From assembly GCA_003142255.1 (NCBI GenBank), contig PLLO01000001.1, positions 17,839 to 81,838 of the forward strand: a stretch of 64,000 bases of DNA, read 5' to 3'. Below the pieces are notes generated by a model, which saw only the letters and a program-made list of their open reading frames with translations, searched no databases and was not told where the DNA came from. The translations under genes were made by a program, and so were the position numbers. Source of the stretch: Bacteroidales bacterium. GTDB lineage: Bacteria; Bacteroidota; Bacteroidia; Bacteroidales; VadinHA17. Of this stretch, positions 9,266 through 19,424 are shown piece after piece; the first letter of the stretch is position 1; each line of letters opens with the position of its first letter.

Positions 9266-9964
9266 TTACTTTTTATCTGAGCTTTTTGGCGGTATCGTAA
9301 CGTTATACAAGCTCTGCATTCTCAGATCGATATTGGAAATGATATCAGCGCATTCTTTTAATTCCCTGGTGAGATTATCCGTTTTGCCTTCGATCAGCTT
9401 ATATGACAGATCATGTTCAAGCGATGCCCAGAAATCCATCGCAATAGTACGTATCTGAACCTCGATCTTGACAAGTTCGGTGCTCTCCGATAAAAATACA
9501 GGAACAGTAACGATCAGGTGGAGGCTTCTGTATCCGTTTGGTTTTGGATTTTTTATATAATCTGATCTGCGGATCACTTTAATATCGTCCTGTGAAGTCA
9601 GAAGGTCGGCAATCAGGTAGATATCGTCGATGTAGGAACAGATTACGCGAACGCCTGCTGTATCAGTAAGGTTTTCCCTTGCCGATTCAACGCTGAGGTC
9701 AAAGCCGAGCCGCGACAGTTTATTTATTATGCTCGTTGGTGTTTTGACCCTGGCTTTTATCTGATGTATCGGATTGCGATCCTTTGCATGCTTGAATTCA
9801 TCATTCAGGGTTTCAAGCTTAGTTGTAATTTCACGGGTGGCTGACAAATAAAGATTCTCTGTTATCAGGAGAGAATTGATAATTGCAACAACATCGTCCG
9901 GCAAATTCTTGTCCGTCAGTCCATCAAATATATAAGCGGCTTTTGTCAGATCAATTTTTGTCAT
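9266..9964 (-). CDS. Small alarmone synthetase (RelA/SpoT SYNTH-only GTP pyrophosphokinase, YwaC/RelP/RelQ-like)
   Basis: ARVKTPTSIINKL, DTAGVRVI, DYIKNPKPNGYRSLHL, EVQIRTIAMDFWASLEH; no hydrolase, TGS or ACT domains. Confidence 0.92.
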   Translation of the reverse strand: MTKIDLTKAAYIFDGLTDKNLPDDVVAIINSLLITENLYLSATREITTKLETLNDEFKHAKDRNPIHQIKARVKTPTSIINKLSRLGFDLSVESARENLTDTAGVRVICSYIDDIYLIADLLTSQDDIKVIRRSDYIKNPKPNGYRSLHLIVTVPVFLSESTELVKIEVQIRTIAMDFWASLEHDLSYKLIEGKTDNLTRELKECADIISNIDLRMQSLYNVTIPPKSSDKK

Positions 9965-9965
9965 T

Positions 9966-11210
9966 TTATTTTTCAGTAAGTATATTAGTTTTTGTACTTC
10001 TAAGAATCATTTTTTCTCTTCGGATAAAGAATAACATCAGAATGGCGGAAATTATTGCAGTTACGGCACCAAAATAAAATGGAATGTGCGAATTGACTTT
10101 ATCGTAAAGCAATCCTGCAATTAAGCTTGCCGGCAACAGCGTTATGCCAAGCAAAGCATTATAAATTCCGAGTCCTGTGCCCTGCTTGTTATGATCGACC
10201 ATATCGGAAATAAATGCTTTTTGTATCCCGTCAGTTGCTGCTGAATATAAACCATATAATGCAAATAGAAATATAATGGTTGCCACACTTCCTGTAACAC
10301 CAAAACCGTAATAAACTATTGCATATATCAGAAATCCTGCAACGAGAATTCTTTCTTTACCGATTCTGTCAGAAAGGGAACCTAATGGAATAGCCAGTAA
10401 CACTGAAACAATGCTAGTGACCAGGTAAACAAGCGGAATAAATGCAACTTTTACACCTACCTCATTGGCCTTAACCATCAGTAATGCATCAGTGGAATTA
10501 CCGAGAGTAAAAATGAATATGATACCCAGAAAAAGATAAAATTTCGGTGGGAAATCTTTAAAATGAAATTTTTTAAACAGACTTTCTTTATTTTTTTTAG
10601 CCTCTTTAATGCCGAAAATAATAACGAAAATACTCAGAACTGCCGGTATCCCGGCCAGCAGGAATATAAGCCTGTAATTTAAGGGGAAAAAGATCAATAG
10701 CGCAAATGCAGCCAGAGGGCCTAATATTGCACCACTATTGTCCATGGCTTTCTGCAACCCAAAGCTTTTACCTGTTTCTCCGTTGGACACTGATCCTGCG
10801 ACAAGGCTGTCGCGCGGGGCAGTGCGGATGCCTTTGCCGAACCTCTCTATAAAGCGGAGGTACAATACCTGCATAGGCGAAATTACAAACGAATATAGCG
10901 GTATGATAAGGGCAGAAATTCCATATCCTATAAGCATAAATGGTTTGTTTTTGCCAATCTTATCGCTCCAGAAACCAGATAGTGTTTTTACCAGTGCGGC
11001 AGTGCTCTCGGCAATTCCCTCAATAAGCGATAAGCTTGTTTTTGAAGCGCCGATTGAGAGTAAGAACATAGGCATAACCGAATAAACCATCTTCACGGAA
11101 GTATCCGTAAGAAAGCTCGTCAACCCGGTAAACATTATGTTCCTGTTAAATCCAAAAAACCTTTTCTCTTTTCCGGGGTCAGTATTCATTTCTATTTCTT
11201 CGGTCATCAT
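9966..11210 (-). CDS. MFS transporter (MJ1317-like subfamily)
   Basis: About 12 hydrophobic segments; SGFWSDKIGK and GSLSDRIGK loops; ERFGKGIRTAPRD. Confidence 0.9.
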   Translation of the reverse strand: MMTEEIEMNTDPGKEKRFFGFNRNIMFTGLTSFLTDTSVKMVYSVMPMFLLSIGASKTSLSLIEGIAESTAALVKTLSGFWSDKIGKNKPFMLIGYGISALIIPLYSFVISPMQVLYLRFIERFGKGIRTAPRDSLVAGSVSNGETGKSFGLQKAMDNSGAILGPLAAFALLIFFPLNYRLIFLLAGIPAVLSIFVIIFGIKEAKKNKESLFKKFHFKDFPPKFYLFLGIIFIFTLGNSTDALLMVKANEVGVKVAFIPLVYLVTSIVSVLLAIPLGSLSDRIGKERILVAGFLIYAIVYYGFGVTGSVATIIFLFALYGLYSAATDGIQKAFISDMVDHNKQGTGLGIYNALLGITLLPASLIAGLLYDKVNSHIPFYFGAVTAIISAILMLFFIRREKMILRSTKTNILTEK

Positions 11211-11211
11211 T

Positions 11212-11913
11212 TTACTCCCTCAGTTTATTTTCTTTTTCCTCTATATCAAGGGCATTAGCCAGCCGGAGCAACTTTATTGTGCTGAAAATATTGACGAGAA
11301 ATAAAATGGCACATACAAATATTGCAGAATACATTATAGAGCCTTTTAAAAGTACTTCAACCACCAATATGGCGGAAACAATAATTCTTACTTCTGTTGG
11401 TCCGAACAGCCCGGTATCAATGGTATATTTCCCGGTGGCTTTATATCTTAACAGGGTGGTAATTATAGCCCAGCCATACAGGACAACAAAACCGAATCCC
11501 AGTATTTTCCAATTGCCATCTGTATAAATCATGTATCCGCAACCTATTAGTATTGTGGTCAGCCAGTCTACTGTAAGATCGAGAGAAAATCCGTACCATT
11601 TTCGGGGTTGGTTGCGGAAGTAGGCAAGCCTGCCATCAAGGGAATCGCCGAACCAGTTTATCATAAACCCCAGAATTCCCAGAAGAAGATAATCTTTGTT
11701 GACATATGTTGCTAAAATGAAACTTAACATTACTATCAGGCTTCCCATAAATCCGATAAAGGTGAGCATATCTGATTTAATCCAGGAAGGGATACACTGA
11801 ACTAAAAAAACGAGAGCCTCCTGCTCATATTTTTTCAGAAGATTGGTCCTGGATCTGTTTTTTGTAATGGTTTTGAGTATTTCTAATGCTTCCTGAGATA
11901 AAAAGGATTTCAT
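11212..11913 (-). CDS. CDP-alcohol phosphatidyltransferase family protein
   Basis: Signature DSLDGRLAY...GFSLDLTVD (DxxDGxxA...GxxxDxxxD); multi-pass membrane protein; GPTEVR. Confidence 0.88.
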   Translation of the reverse strand: MKSFLSQEALEILKTITKNRSRTNLLKKYEQEALVFLVQCIPSWIKSDMLTFIGFMGSLIVMLSFILATYVNKDYLLLGILGFMINWFGDSLDGRLAYFRNQPRKWYGFSLDLTVDWLTTILIGCGYMIYTDGNWKILGFGFVVLYGWAIITTLLRYKATGKYTIDTGLFGPTEVRIIVSAILVVEVLLKGSIMYSAIFVCAILFLVNIFSTIKLLRLANALDIEEKENKLRE

Positions 11914-11936
11914 ATATAAGGTTTTATTATTATAAT

Positions 11937-14636
11937 TTATTCATCCAGCCCGTCGGGATCTTTCCCATCACCATCTCTGGTACCATTGATTTTGAATAAT
12001 TTAAAGAGATCGACCACTAAAATAGGGATAAGAGACATCAGTATCACTATCCACCAGTGTTTCGGATCCAGCTTTGTCAGGTTGAATGCATAGCGTAAAG
12101 CAGGCACAAGCAATATCAAAAGCATCAGTCCTGCAGAAACCAGAATAGCTCCTATCAGGGGTTTATTCCGAAGGGGACTTATTGCGAAAGATGATCTTGT
12201 GTTTGAATGCAGATTACGGACATGGATCAGCTCTGCAAAAACAAGTGTTGAAAATGCCATCGTCTGGCCCAGGATAATTCCTCCATCGTGAACTCCTATA
12301 AGGTAAGCTGCAAGAGGAATCAAACCAATCATTAAGCCCTGATACATTATTCTCCAAACCATGCCCCTGGTCATAAAGCCTTTTTTCGAATTACCGGGCT
12401 TGCGGTTCATGATGTTTTTTTCGGCAGGATCAACACTAAGCGCAAGTGCCGGCAAACTATCGGTCACCAGGTTAACCCAGAGAATATGGATAGGCAAAAG
12501 AGGCGCCCCAAGGTTCAAAACTGAAGTTATAAGCAAGAGGAATATCTCACCAACATTAGTTGATAGCAGAAACAGGATGGCCTTGAGTATATTATCATAG
12601 ATCCTTCTACCCTCCTCGACTGCTGAAACGATAGTCGCAAAATTATCATCAGTGAGAATCATGTCGGCCGCACTTTTCGCCACATCAGTACCCATCTTAC
12701 CCATGGCAGCACCTATATCTGCCTGCTTCAAAGCCGGGGCATCGTTCACTCCGTCGCCGGTCATTGCCACCACTTCATTATGAGACTGCCATGCTTTAAC
12801 TATGCGGACCTTATGTTCGGGGGCCACCCTTGCATAAACCGAATAACGGGCGACATTCTTATAAAAATCATCTTCGCTGATCTTTTCCAGCTCGGCACCC
12901 GTGATGGCAATATCACCCTTCTTATAGATACCGATCTCGCGGGCAATGGCCACAGCAGTATTCTTATGATCACCCGTGATCATCACGGGACGGATACCTG
13001 CCGTCCTGCATTTTGCCACAGCATCGATCACTTCAGGTCTGGCAGGATCAATCATACCCAGCAATCCGATAAATATAAGGTCATTCTCCAGTTCCCCAAT
13101 CTCAACCTTCTGAGGTGCTTCAGGCAGATCCTTGAATGCCATTGTAAGAACGCGAAGAGCTGAATCGGCCATTGATTCGTTAGCCCTGCTTATCAGAGAC
13201 CTGTCTTCCGGTGTGAGCGGCCTGATCTTTCCGTGCATCACTATTCTGTTGCAAACGCTCAGGACCTCATCGAGTCCTCCCTTTACGTTTACCCGTGTGC
13301 TTTGCTTTGACATCCGGTTGACTGTCGTCATTCTTTTGCGTTCTGAGTCAAAAGGGATTTCAGCGACACGGGGATATGATTTTTCAAGGTCATCTTTTAA
13401 TACTCCGTATAATGCGCCAAAATCCAGCAGGGCCGTCTCAGTAGGATCTCCTGTAAATTCAAATTCGGCGTTTTCCCCGGCTCTCATAGTGGCATCTGCG
13501 CACAGTACAGAAATTGAAAGCAAACTATTTTCTTCATCATTAAGCCTGCTTGCCGGGGCACTCCTCTTGATCCTGTCCTTTAAATGGTTTACATAAGCCT
13601 CGACAACGGTCATTTTATTCTGAGTGAGCGTTCCTGTTTTGTCAGAACAGATCACTGTTGCACTGCCAAGCGTTTCAACTGAAGGAAGAGTACGGATTAT
13701 TGCATTGCGCTTCACAAGACGCTGAACACCCAATGCAAGAACGACAGTCGATACTGCTGGAAGCCCTTCCGGGATGGCAGCCACAGCAAGACTGACTGCT
13801 GTCATGAACATGCTCAGGATTGAGTTGCCATATAAGATACCTACAACAAATATTACTGCACAGATGATCAATGCGGCAATTCCAAGAACCTTGCCAAGTT
13901 GTTCAAGACGCCGGCTCATCGGAGTCTCCGTGTCATTCGTCTGCTGAAGCATATCAGCTATTCTGCCTACTTCGGTCTGCATACCGGTTGCAACAACAAC
14001 GCCGCGTCCGCGTCCATAAGTTACCATACCGCTCGAGAACGCCATATTGACACGGTCGCCAAGAGCAATATCTTCATCCGTCAGCGCTTCTGACTTCTTT
14101 TCAACAGGTAAGGATTCACCGGTCATTGCCGACTCCTGTATCTTTAGATTAACCGCTTCTGTCAGACGCAAATCGGCAGGTATAATAGCCCCGGTCTCAA
14201 GTATGACAATATCTCCGGGAACCAGGTCTTTTGTATTTATCTCAATTACTTTCCCGTCACGCAATACCTTGGTAACAGGAGCTGCAAGGTTCTTCAGTGC
14301 CTCGAGAGATGATTCGGCCTTTTTTTCCTGGAAGGCGCCGATAAAAGCATTTAAAACAAGTATCCCAAGAATGACGAATGTATCCAGCAGTCCTTCCCCG
14401 TTCATCACGCCGACAAATCCGGAGATTGCTGCTGCAATCAGAAGGATGATAATCATAAAGCTCTTAAACTGGTCAAAGAACATCTTAAGGAATGTCTTAT
14501 TCTTTTTTGAAACCAGCTGGTTATAGCCATATTCCTCCAATCTTCTGTTAACTTCTTCAGAAGACAGGCCCTCTTCTTTCCCGACATTAAAGTGAGCAAG
14601 AATTACTTCTACGCTATTATTATAGTAAGATTTCAT
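11937..14636 (-). CDS. P2A-type (SERCA-like) cation/Ca2+-translocating P-type ATPase
   Basis: TGES, PEGL, DKTGTLT, GDGVNDAPAL, LWVNLVTDSLPALAL. Confidence 0.95.
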   Translation of the reverse strand: MKSYYNNSVEVILAHFNVGKEEGLSSEEVNRRLEEYGYNQLVSKKNKTFLKMFFDQFKSFMIIILLIAAAISGFVGVMNGEGLLDTFVILGILVLNAFIGAFQEKKAESSLEALKNLAAPVTKVLRDGKVIEINTKDLVPGDIVILETGAIIPADLRLTEAVNLKIQESAMTGESLPVEKKSEALTDEDIALGDRVNMAFSSGMVTYGRGRGVVVATGMQTEVGRIADMLQQTNDTETPMSRRLEQLGKVLGIAALIICAVIFVVGILYGNSILSMFMTAVSLAVAAIPEGLPAVSTVVLALGVQRLVKRNAIIRTLPSVETLGSATVICSDKTGTLTQNKMTVVEAYVNHLKDRIKRSAPASRLNDEENSLLSISVLCADATMRAGENAEFEFTGDPTETALLDFGALYGVLKDDLEKSYPRVAEIPFDSERKRMTTVNRMSKQSTRVNVKGGLDEVLSVCNRIVMHGKIRPLTPEDRSLISRANESMADSALRVLTMAFKDLPEAPQKVEIGELENDLIFIGLLGMIDPARPEVIDAVAKCRTAGIRPVMITGDHKNTAVAIAREIGIYKKGDIAITGAELEKISEDDFYKNVARYSVYARVAPEHKVRIVKAWQSHNEVVAMTGDGVNDAPALKQADIGAAMGKMGTDVAKSAADMILTDDNFATIVSAVEEGRRIYDNILKAILFLLSTNVGEIFLLLITSVLNLGAPLLPIHILWVNLVTDSLPALALSVDPAEKNIMNRKPGNSKKGFMTRGMVWRIMYQGLMIGLIPLAAYLIGVHDGGIILGQTMAFSTLVFAELIHVRNLHSNTRSSFAISPLRNKPLIGAILVSAGLMLLILLVPALRYAFNLTKLDPKHWWIVILMSLIPILVVDLFKLFKINGTRDGDGKDPDGLDE

Positions 14637-14681
14637 AAAAAGCCATTAAGGTGTTTCAGATTATCTACCTTTAAGTACCCG

Positions 14682-14689
14682 CAAAATTA
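14682..14689 (-). promoter_or_regulatory. Bacteroidota sigma-A -7 element for the P-type ATPase operon
   Basis: TAATTTTG on the minus strand (TAnnTTTG consensus), about 45 nt upstream of the ATG. Confidence 0.6.
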
Positions 14690-14724
14690 ACTAAAATATG
14701 GTTATGAGGAAGAATGCAACCTCT

Positions 14725-15513
14725 TCAGTGCTGATCGGCATACCGCCACCAGGCAACTGTGCCGCCGATACCCAGTATTGTTGTGAGTCCGAGGATCACA
14801 TAACTTATTATTTCCGGCTTCGGACTGAATGGTCCGGAAACCCCACTGATCAGACCAGGAATTGCCCAGGGGAAATAAGGTGTTATTGATGGCAGACCAA
14901 GAAAAAGAAACTGAGTGGAAATGAGGAGAAGGATAGTAACCCCTACAGGCAGAAGATAACCCCTGCTGATACACGTTATAAGAGAAATAACAGGGAACAG
15001 GAGTATCGTCAGCAGTGAACTTACTGTATAGATACGTAAATTTTTCAACATAAGTTCGCTGCTCCAGCCATCAAGATGAACCGCGAGGCCTGCCAGTAGT
15101 GCACATACAAAAAGAAGGCTCATGAGCAGAATACTCCAGGTGAAGGCAATGACAAATTTTGCCAGTACGATATTTACACGTGATACAGGAAGGGCAAGCA
15201 GATCTTTGATCACCCTGTCGGAGTACTCCCTGCCAAAAACCCATATTGTTACTATTGCCGGACCAACCAGCCCAAGAATAAGGGCCATCTGAAGCATTAG
15301 TCCGAAAAATACATGCCAGTCAGCTTTGGCTATAAAGGAGGCTTTTGTGCTCAGGATGGCTGAATTACCTGCAATTTCAGGGTGCTTTGCGACCAGCATC
15401 ATGAAGCCAAGCATGAAGGCAATAAATGCAAAAAAGATTAATGTTCCCCATAACATCTTTGATTTCAGGGCTTTGCTCATTTCAACATAAAGTGCTGCAG
15501 CAAACTCTTTCAT
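14725..15513 (-). CDS. ABC-2 type permease (BcrB/lantibiotic-immunity-like)
   Basis: About 6 TM segments; FGREYSDRVIKDLLALPVSR; 4-nt overlap with the ATPase gene. Confidence 0.85.
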   Translation of the reverse strand: MKEFAAALYVEMSKALKSKMLWGTLIFFAFIAFMLGFMMLVAKHPEIAGNSAILSTKASFIAKADWHVFFGLMLQMALILGLVGPAIVTIWVFGREYSDRVIKDLLALPVSRVNIVLAKFVIAFTWSILLMSLLFVCALLAGLAVHLDGWSSELMLKNLRIYTVSSLLTILLFPVISLITCISRGYLLPVGVTILLLISTQFLFLGLPSITPYFPWAIPGLISGVSGPFSPKPEIISYVILGLTTILGIGGTVAWWRYADQH

Positions 15514-16436
15514 CGTTCACCTCCCTTCATCTTTATTACCCTGAGAAAAAAAGCTTCAAGATCTTCCTCTTCAACTTTGATCAGAGAGGGAGGGAATCCA
15601 GAGTTTACCAGAAGAGCAGAAATTTTCTCAGGGTATGAAACTGCTTCCTTATCTTTTATCTCCAGAACACCTTCATCTGTCAGAACCGTGGCGAATCCAC
15701 TCTTTTCCAGTATATTTCCTGCACCCATTATGTCTTTTGATTTAACCCGCAAACATACTTTTCTCTGGTTTTCCATATCGCTTACTGAAGATTCATGAAG
15801 GAGCACTCCCTCATGAATGATACCAATACGAGTGGCAAACTTCGATATTTCACCGAGAATATGGCTTGAGATAAATACTGTAACGCCTTTATTAAGAGCA
15901 AGATCCTTCAGCATCTCCCTGATCTCGACTATCCCTGCCGGATCGAGCCCGTTTGCTGGCTCATCGAGAAGAAGCAGCGCCGGATTATGTATCATGGCTT
16001 TCGCAAGCCCGAGCCGTTGTGAATTGCCAAGAGAAAGGTTTTTTGCAATTATATCGCTGTATTGCCCCAGATTGAACTTCTCAATTATGAGATCAACACA
16101 TCCAGGGTATTTTATCATTCTCAGTCGTCTAACCAGATCAAGATTTTCCCTGACGGTAAGGTCGGGATATGAATAGGGTACCTCAACAAGGTAGCCGATA
16201 TCTTTCCACATGGCCGGGTTGCCAGGAGTCACTTTTACACTATTCAGATAAGCTGCTCCCGAAGTTGATCTTATCATTCCAAGAAGCATTCTGATAGTTG
16301 TTGTCTTCCCTGCTCCGTTGAGGCCCAGGAATCCATAAATTTCACCACGGCTGACGTTTATCGAGACATTATCGACAGCTTTAAGCTTGCCATAAAGCTT
16401 CGAAAGATTTTCAGTTCTGATTACTGTATCCATCAT
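15510..16436 (-). CDS. ABC transporter ATP-binding protein (BcrA-like)
   Basis: Walker A GLNGAGKT, signature [24 protein letters not shown] switch. Confidence 0.92.
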   Translation of the reverse strand: MMDTVIRTENLSKLYGKLKAVDNVSINVSRGEIYGFLGLNGAGKTTTIRMLLGMIRSTSGAAYLNSVKVTPGNPAMWKDIGYLVEVPYSYPDLTVRENLDLVRRLRMIKYPGCVDLIIEKFNLGQYSDIIAKNLSLGNSQRLGLAKAMIHNPALLLLDEPANGLDPAGIVEIREMLKDLALNKGVTVFISSHILGEISKFATRIGIIHEGVLLHESSVSDMENQRKVCLRVKSKDIMGAGNILEKSGFATVLTDEGVLEIKDKEAVSYPEKISALLVNSGFPPSLIKVEEEDLEAFFLRVIKMKGGER

Positions 16437-18772
16437 TTATTTACTAATCCTGATACACCTTCAGTAAAGATGTAGGACTTGCCCTTTTCCGTAGTTTTCA
16501 TTTCGGCCATCTTCTCATGATAAGATAGTTTCAGCGGGTTACCCAGCTTTGATGTTATCCTGGCCTGTTTAAGTGTCCCGTTTTCCCAGTCAATATTGAC
16601 CTCGAAGCCACCACGGGCCATTATCCCGTAAATATGCCCGGTTTTCCAGGCAGAAGGGAGCGCCGGCAGCAATTCGACTTCTCCGGCATGGCTCTGAAGA
16701 AGCATCTCAGTAATGCCTGCAGTTCCTCCAAAATTTCCGTCGATCTGGAATGGAGGATGATTGTCGAACAAGTTGCTCAATGTCGATTTTGTAAGAAGAG
16801 CTATTACATTTTCATATGCTTTTTCCCCGTCTTTCAGGCGGGCATAAAAGTTAATGATCCATGCCCGGCTCCATCCGGTATGTCCTCCGCCATGAGCCAG
16901 GCGGTATTCAATTGTCTTCCGGGCAGCTTCGAGCAGCTCAGGATTCTTCTGCTGCGTTATCTGATTCCCCGGATGAAGCCCGTAAAGATGTGAAATATGC
17001 CTGTGACCCGGTTCCGGTTCTTCAAATTCCTGCGACCATTCCATTATACGTCCGTCAGAACCAATTTTTGTGGGAGTAAGCTTTTTAAGGGTCTTCTCCA
17101 TTTTTTCCCTGAATGGCTTGTCTATGCCAAGCAGAGTGCTGGCGGCTATGGTGTTCTGAAGGAGATCGCGAATTATCATATGATCCATTGTCGGCCCCAT
17201 AACCATGCTGGCATTTCCTCCTCCTCCCGGGATATTGAAACTATTCTCTGGTGAAATCGAAGGCCCGGAAACAAGGTATCCTGTCTTTGGGTCAGTGACC
17301 AGCCAGTCCATGCAGAATTGTGCAGCCTCCTTCATTATAGGATATGATTTTGTTCTGAGGTATTCCATATCACCGCCAAACTGGTAGTGATCCCAGATAT
17401 TCTGACAGCTCCATGCAATGCCCATGGGCCACATACCGTACCTTATGGCACCGGTAGGTTCCGTAAAATGCCAGGGGTCGGTTGTATAATGGGCTACAAT
17501 ACCGCTCATGCCATAGACCTCACTGGCCGTTCTGCGTGCATTTGGACGCAAGGCATCGATAAAGTCGATGAAAGGTTCTGCTGTCTCACTCAGGTTGGTT
17601 ATCTCGGCCGGCCAGTAATTCATCTGAATGTTTATATTGATGTGATAATCGGCGCTCCATGGCGGACGAAGACCATCGGCCCAGATACCCTGAAGGTTTG
17701 CAGGAAGGCCTCCTGGACGTGAACTGCTGATGAGAAGATAGCGTCCGAACTGGTAATACAATTCTATCAGATCAGTGTCAATATAACCATTTTGCATGGC
17801 AGCGACTCTGGCGTCAGTAGTAAAATAATTTCCGTCACTTGAGCCCAGATCAATTGATACACGGTTAAATAATGACTGGTAATCAGCAATATGTTCATTT
17901 TTGATTTCAGAATAGGTGCGTTTTGCGAGGGCTTCCATCCTGGCAGAAGTTGTTACTGCAGGATCTTTCCCGAAATAATCCGTTGCAGCTGTCAGAAATA
18001 TTGTAACCTCGTCAGCTTTTTCCACCCTGATTGTATCTCCGGCAGAAGCTGTTGTTCCTCCTGAAGCGGTGAGTTTCAGCCTGGCAAACATATTGACACC
18101 GTATCCGTTGCCCACATGCTCATGCATTTCAATATCATTTCCGTTTGCGGATATTTCAGGTTTTGCTCCTTCGCGAGATAGTTTAAGCGTGAATGTAAGT
18201 GCCCCCGGCTTATCGGTAGTGAGCCTCAACACAAGACCCTGGCCGGGATAGCTGGAGAATATTTCCCGCAGATAATTCACTCCTCCTGCATTGTATGATA
18301 CCCTGACTATAGCTTCATTTATGTCGAGCTCACGCCTGTAATTTGATGCTCCGCGCTGCTTCCCGAACTTCAGATAGATATCACCGAGAGCCTGGTATGA
18401 GGCGGCAGGGTTTACGGGCTTATAGTTCAGAATACCTTTTTGTGCAAGAGCTTCAGCCTCTTTATATTTTCCTTCAAAAAGAAGCTGTCTTACTTTTGGG
18501 AGAGTTTTCAGTGCTTCTGGATTGGCATCCCATCGTTCGCCTCCGGTCCAGACAGATTCTTCATTAAGCTCCAGTCTTTCATTTTCAATGTTACCGAAAA
18601 CCATTGCTCCGAGACTTCCATTTCCTACAGGGAGGGCATCATTCCATGTATCGGCCGGCCTGCTGAACCATATCTTCATGGGAGATGGCGTGTTCTGGCC
18701 TATAATTAACGATGTGTTCAATAGCTGGATAAAGGAAAGTGCAATTAAAAGCCTGCATATTTTAAATTTCAT
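16433..18772 (-). CDS. GH95 alpha-L-fucosidase/alpha-L-galactosidase
   Basis: [49 protein letters not shown]. Confidence 0.95.
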   Translation of the reverse strand: MKFKICRLLIALSFIQLLNTSLIIGQNTPSPMKIWFSRPADTWNDALPVGNGSLGAMVFGNIENERLELNEESVWTGGERWDANPEALKTLPKVRQLLFEGKYKEAEALAQKGILNYKPVNPAASYQALGDIYLKFGKQRGASNYRRELDINEAIVRVSYNAGGVNYLREIFSSYPGQGLVLRLTTDKPGALTFTLKLSREGAKPEISANGNDIEMHEHVGNGYGVNMFARLKLTASGGTTASAGDTIRVEKADEVTIFLTAATDYFGKDPAVTTSARMEALAKRTYSEIKNEHIADYQSLFNRVSIDLGSSDGNYFTTDARVAAMQNGYIDTDLIELYYQFGRYLLISSSRPGGLPANLQGIWADGLRPPWSADYHININIQMNYWPAEITNLSETAEPFIDFIDALRPNARRTASEVYGMSGIVAHYTTDPWHFTEPTGAIRYGMWPMGIAWSCQNIWDHYQFGGDMEYLRTKSYPIMKEAAQFCMDWLVTDPKTGYLVSGPSISPENSFNIPGGGGNASMVMGPTMDHMIIRDLLQNTIAASTLLGIDKPFREKMEKTLKKLTPTKIGSDGRIMEWSQEFEEPEPGHRHISHLYGLHPGNQITQQKNPELLEAARKTIEYRLAHGGGHTGWSRAWIINFYARLKDGEKAYENVIALLTKSTLSNLFDNHPPFQIDGNFGGTAGITEMLLQSHAGEVELLPALPSAWKTGHIYGIMARGGFEVNIDWENGTLKQARITSKLGNPLKLSYHEKMAEMKTTEKGKSYIFTEGVSGLVNK

Positions 18773-18829
18773 CGTAATGATATTTGTACGGTAAATTTAA
18801 AATAATAAATTGACTAAATTTATTTATAG

Positions 18830-18910
18830 ATCACCCCCTTTCATTTTCCCCCAGGGGGGAAAGGGAAAATCAGTTCCTGCCCCCTTGGGGGAAGGCTGGG
18901 CAGGGGGTTT
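18830..18910. repeat. CCCCC-N3-GGGGG REP-like element, copy 3
   Basis: ACCCCCTTTCATTTTCCCCCAGGGGGGAAAG...TGCCCCCTTGGGGGAAGGCTGGGCAGGGGGTT. Confidence 0.65.
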
Positions 18911-18951
18911 GTTGATCAGAAGTAACCATTCATTAATAATGTAATACTTCA

Positions 18952-18981
18952 TAAAAAAGGGACTTGCGGTAACATGTCCCT
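18952..18981 (-). terminator. Intrinsic terminator after mscL
   Basis: AGGGAC/GTCCCT stem followed by a T-run on the minus strand. Confidence 0.55.
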
Positions 18982-19001
18982 GTAATGGTTTTAATGATAT
19001 T

Positions 19002-19400
19002 CTATTTCTTAAGCAGATCGCGTATCTCTGTAAGAAGAGTCTCTTCTTTTGTAGGTGCAGGAGGAGCTTCAGGGGCTTCCTCTTCCTTCTTTTTAGCTGC
19101 GTTAATAGCTTTAATGACCATGAATACAGCAAAAGCAACAATTAAAAAATCAAAAGTGACCTGTAGAAAATTTCCATAATTCCAGGTAACAGCAGGATGT
19201 ACATCAGTTGCTGCCTTCATTACTAGTTTTAAGTCTGTGAAATTGACACCACCGATAATTAGTCCTAAAGGTGGCATGATGATGTCGCTTACAACTGATG
19301 ATATGATCTTGCCGAAAGCTGCACCGATTATTATACCGACAGCCATATCGACAACATTGCCTTTCATTGCGAAGGCTTTGAATTCATCAACTAGTTTCAT
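19002..19400 (-). CDS. mscL: Large-conductance mechanosensitive channel
   Basis: [28 protein letters not shown]; [11 protein letters not shown]. Confidence 0.98.
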   Translation of the reverse strand: MKLVDEFKAFAMKGNVVDMAVGIIIGAAFGKIISSVVSDIIMPPLGLIIGGVNFTDLKLVMKAATDVHPAVTWNYGNFLQVTFDFLIVAFAVFMVIKAINAAKKKEEEAPEAPPAPTKEETLLTEIRDLLKK

Positions 19401-19424
19401 AATGTAAGGTTTTGGTTATATAGG

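Noticed and set aside
9266-9964. SAS as a toxSAS toxin-antitoxin module
   Set aside because: No small antitoxin or SAH gene is adjacent and the sequence resembles housekeeping YwaC/RelQ; not excluded experimentally
18824-19141. 105-aa ORF overlapping the end of mscL
   Set aside because: An alternate frame running through the terminator and REP-like repeat; its Pro/Gly-rich tail is translated repeat sequence
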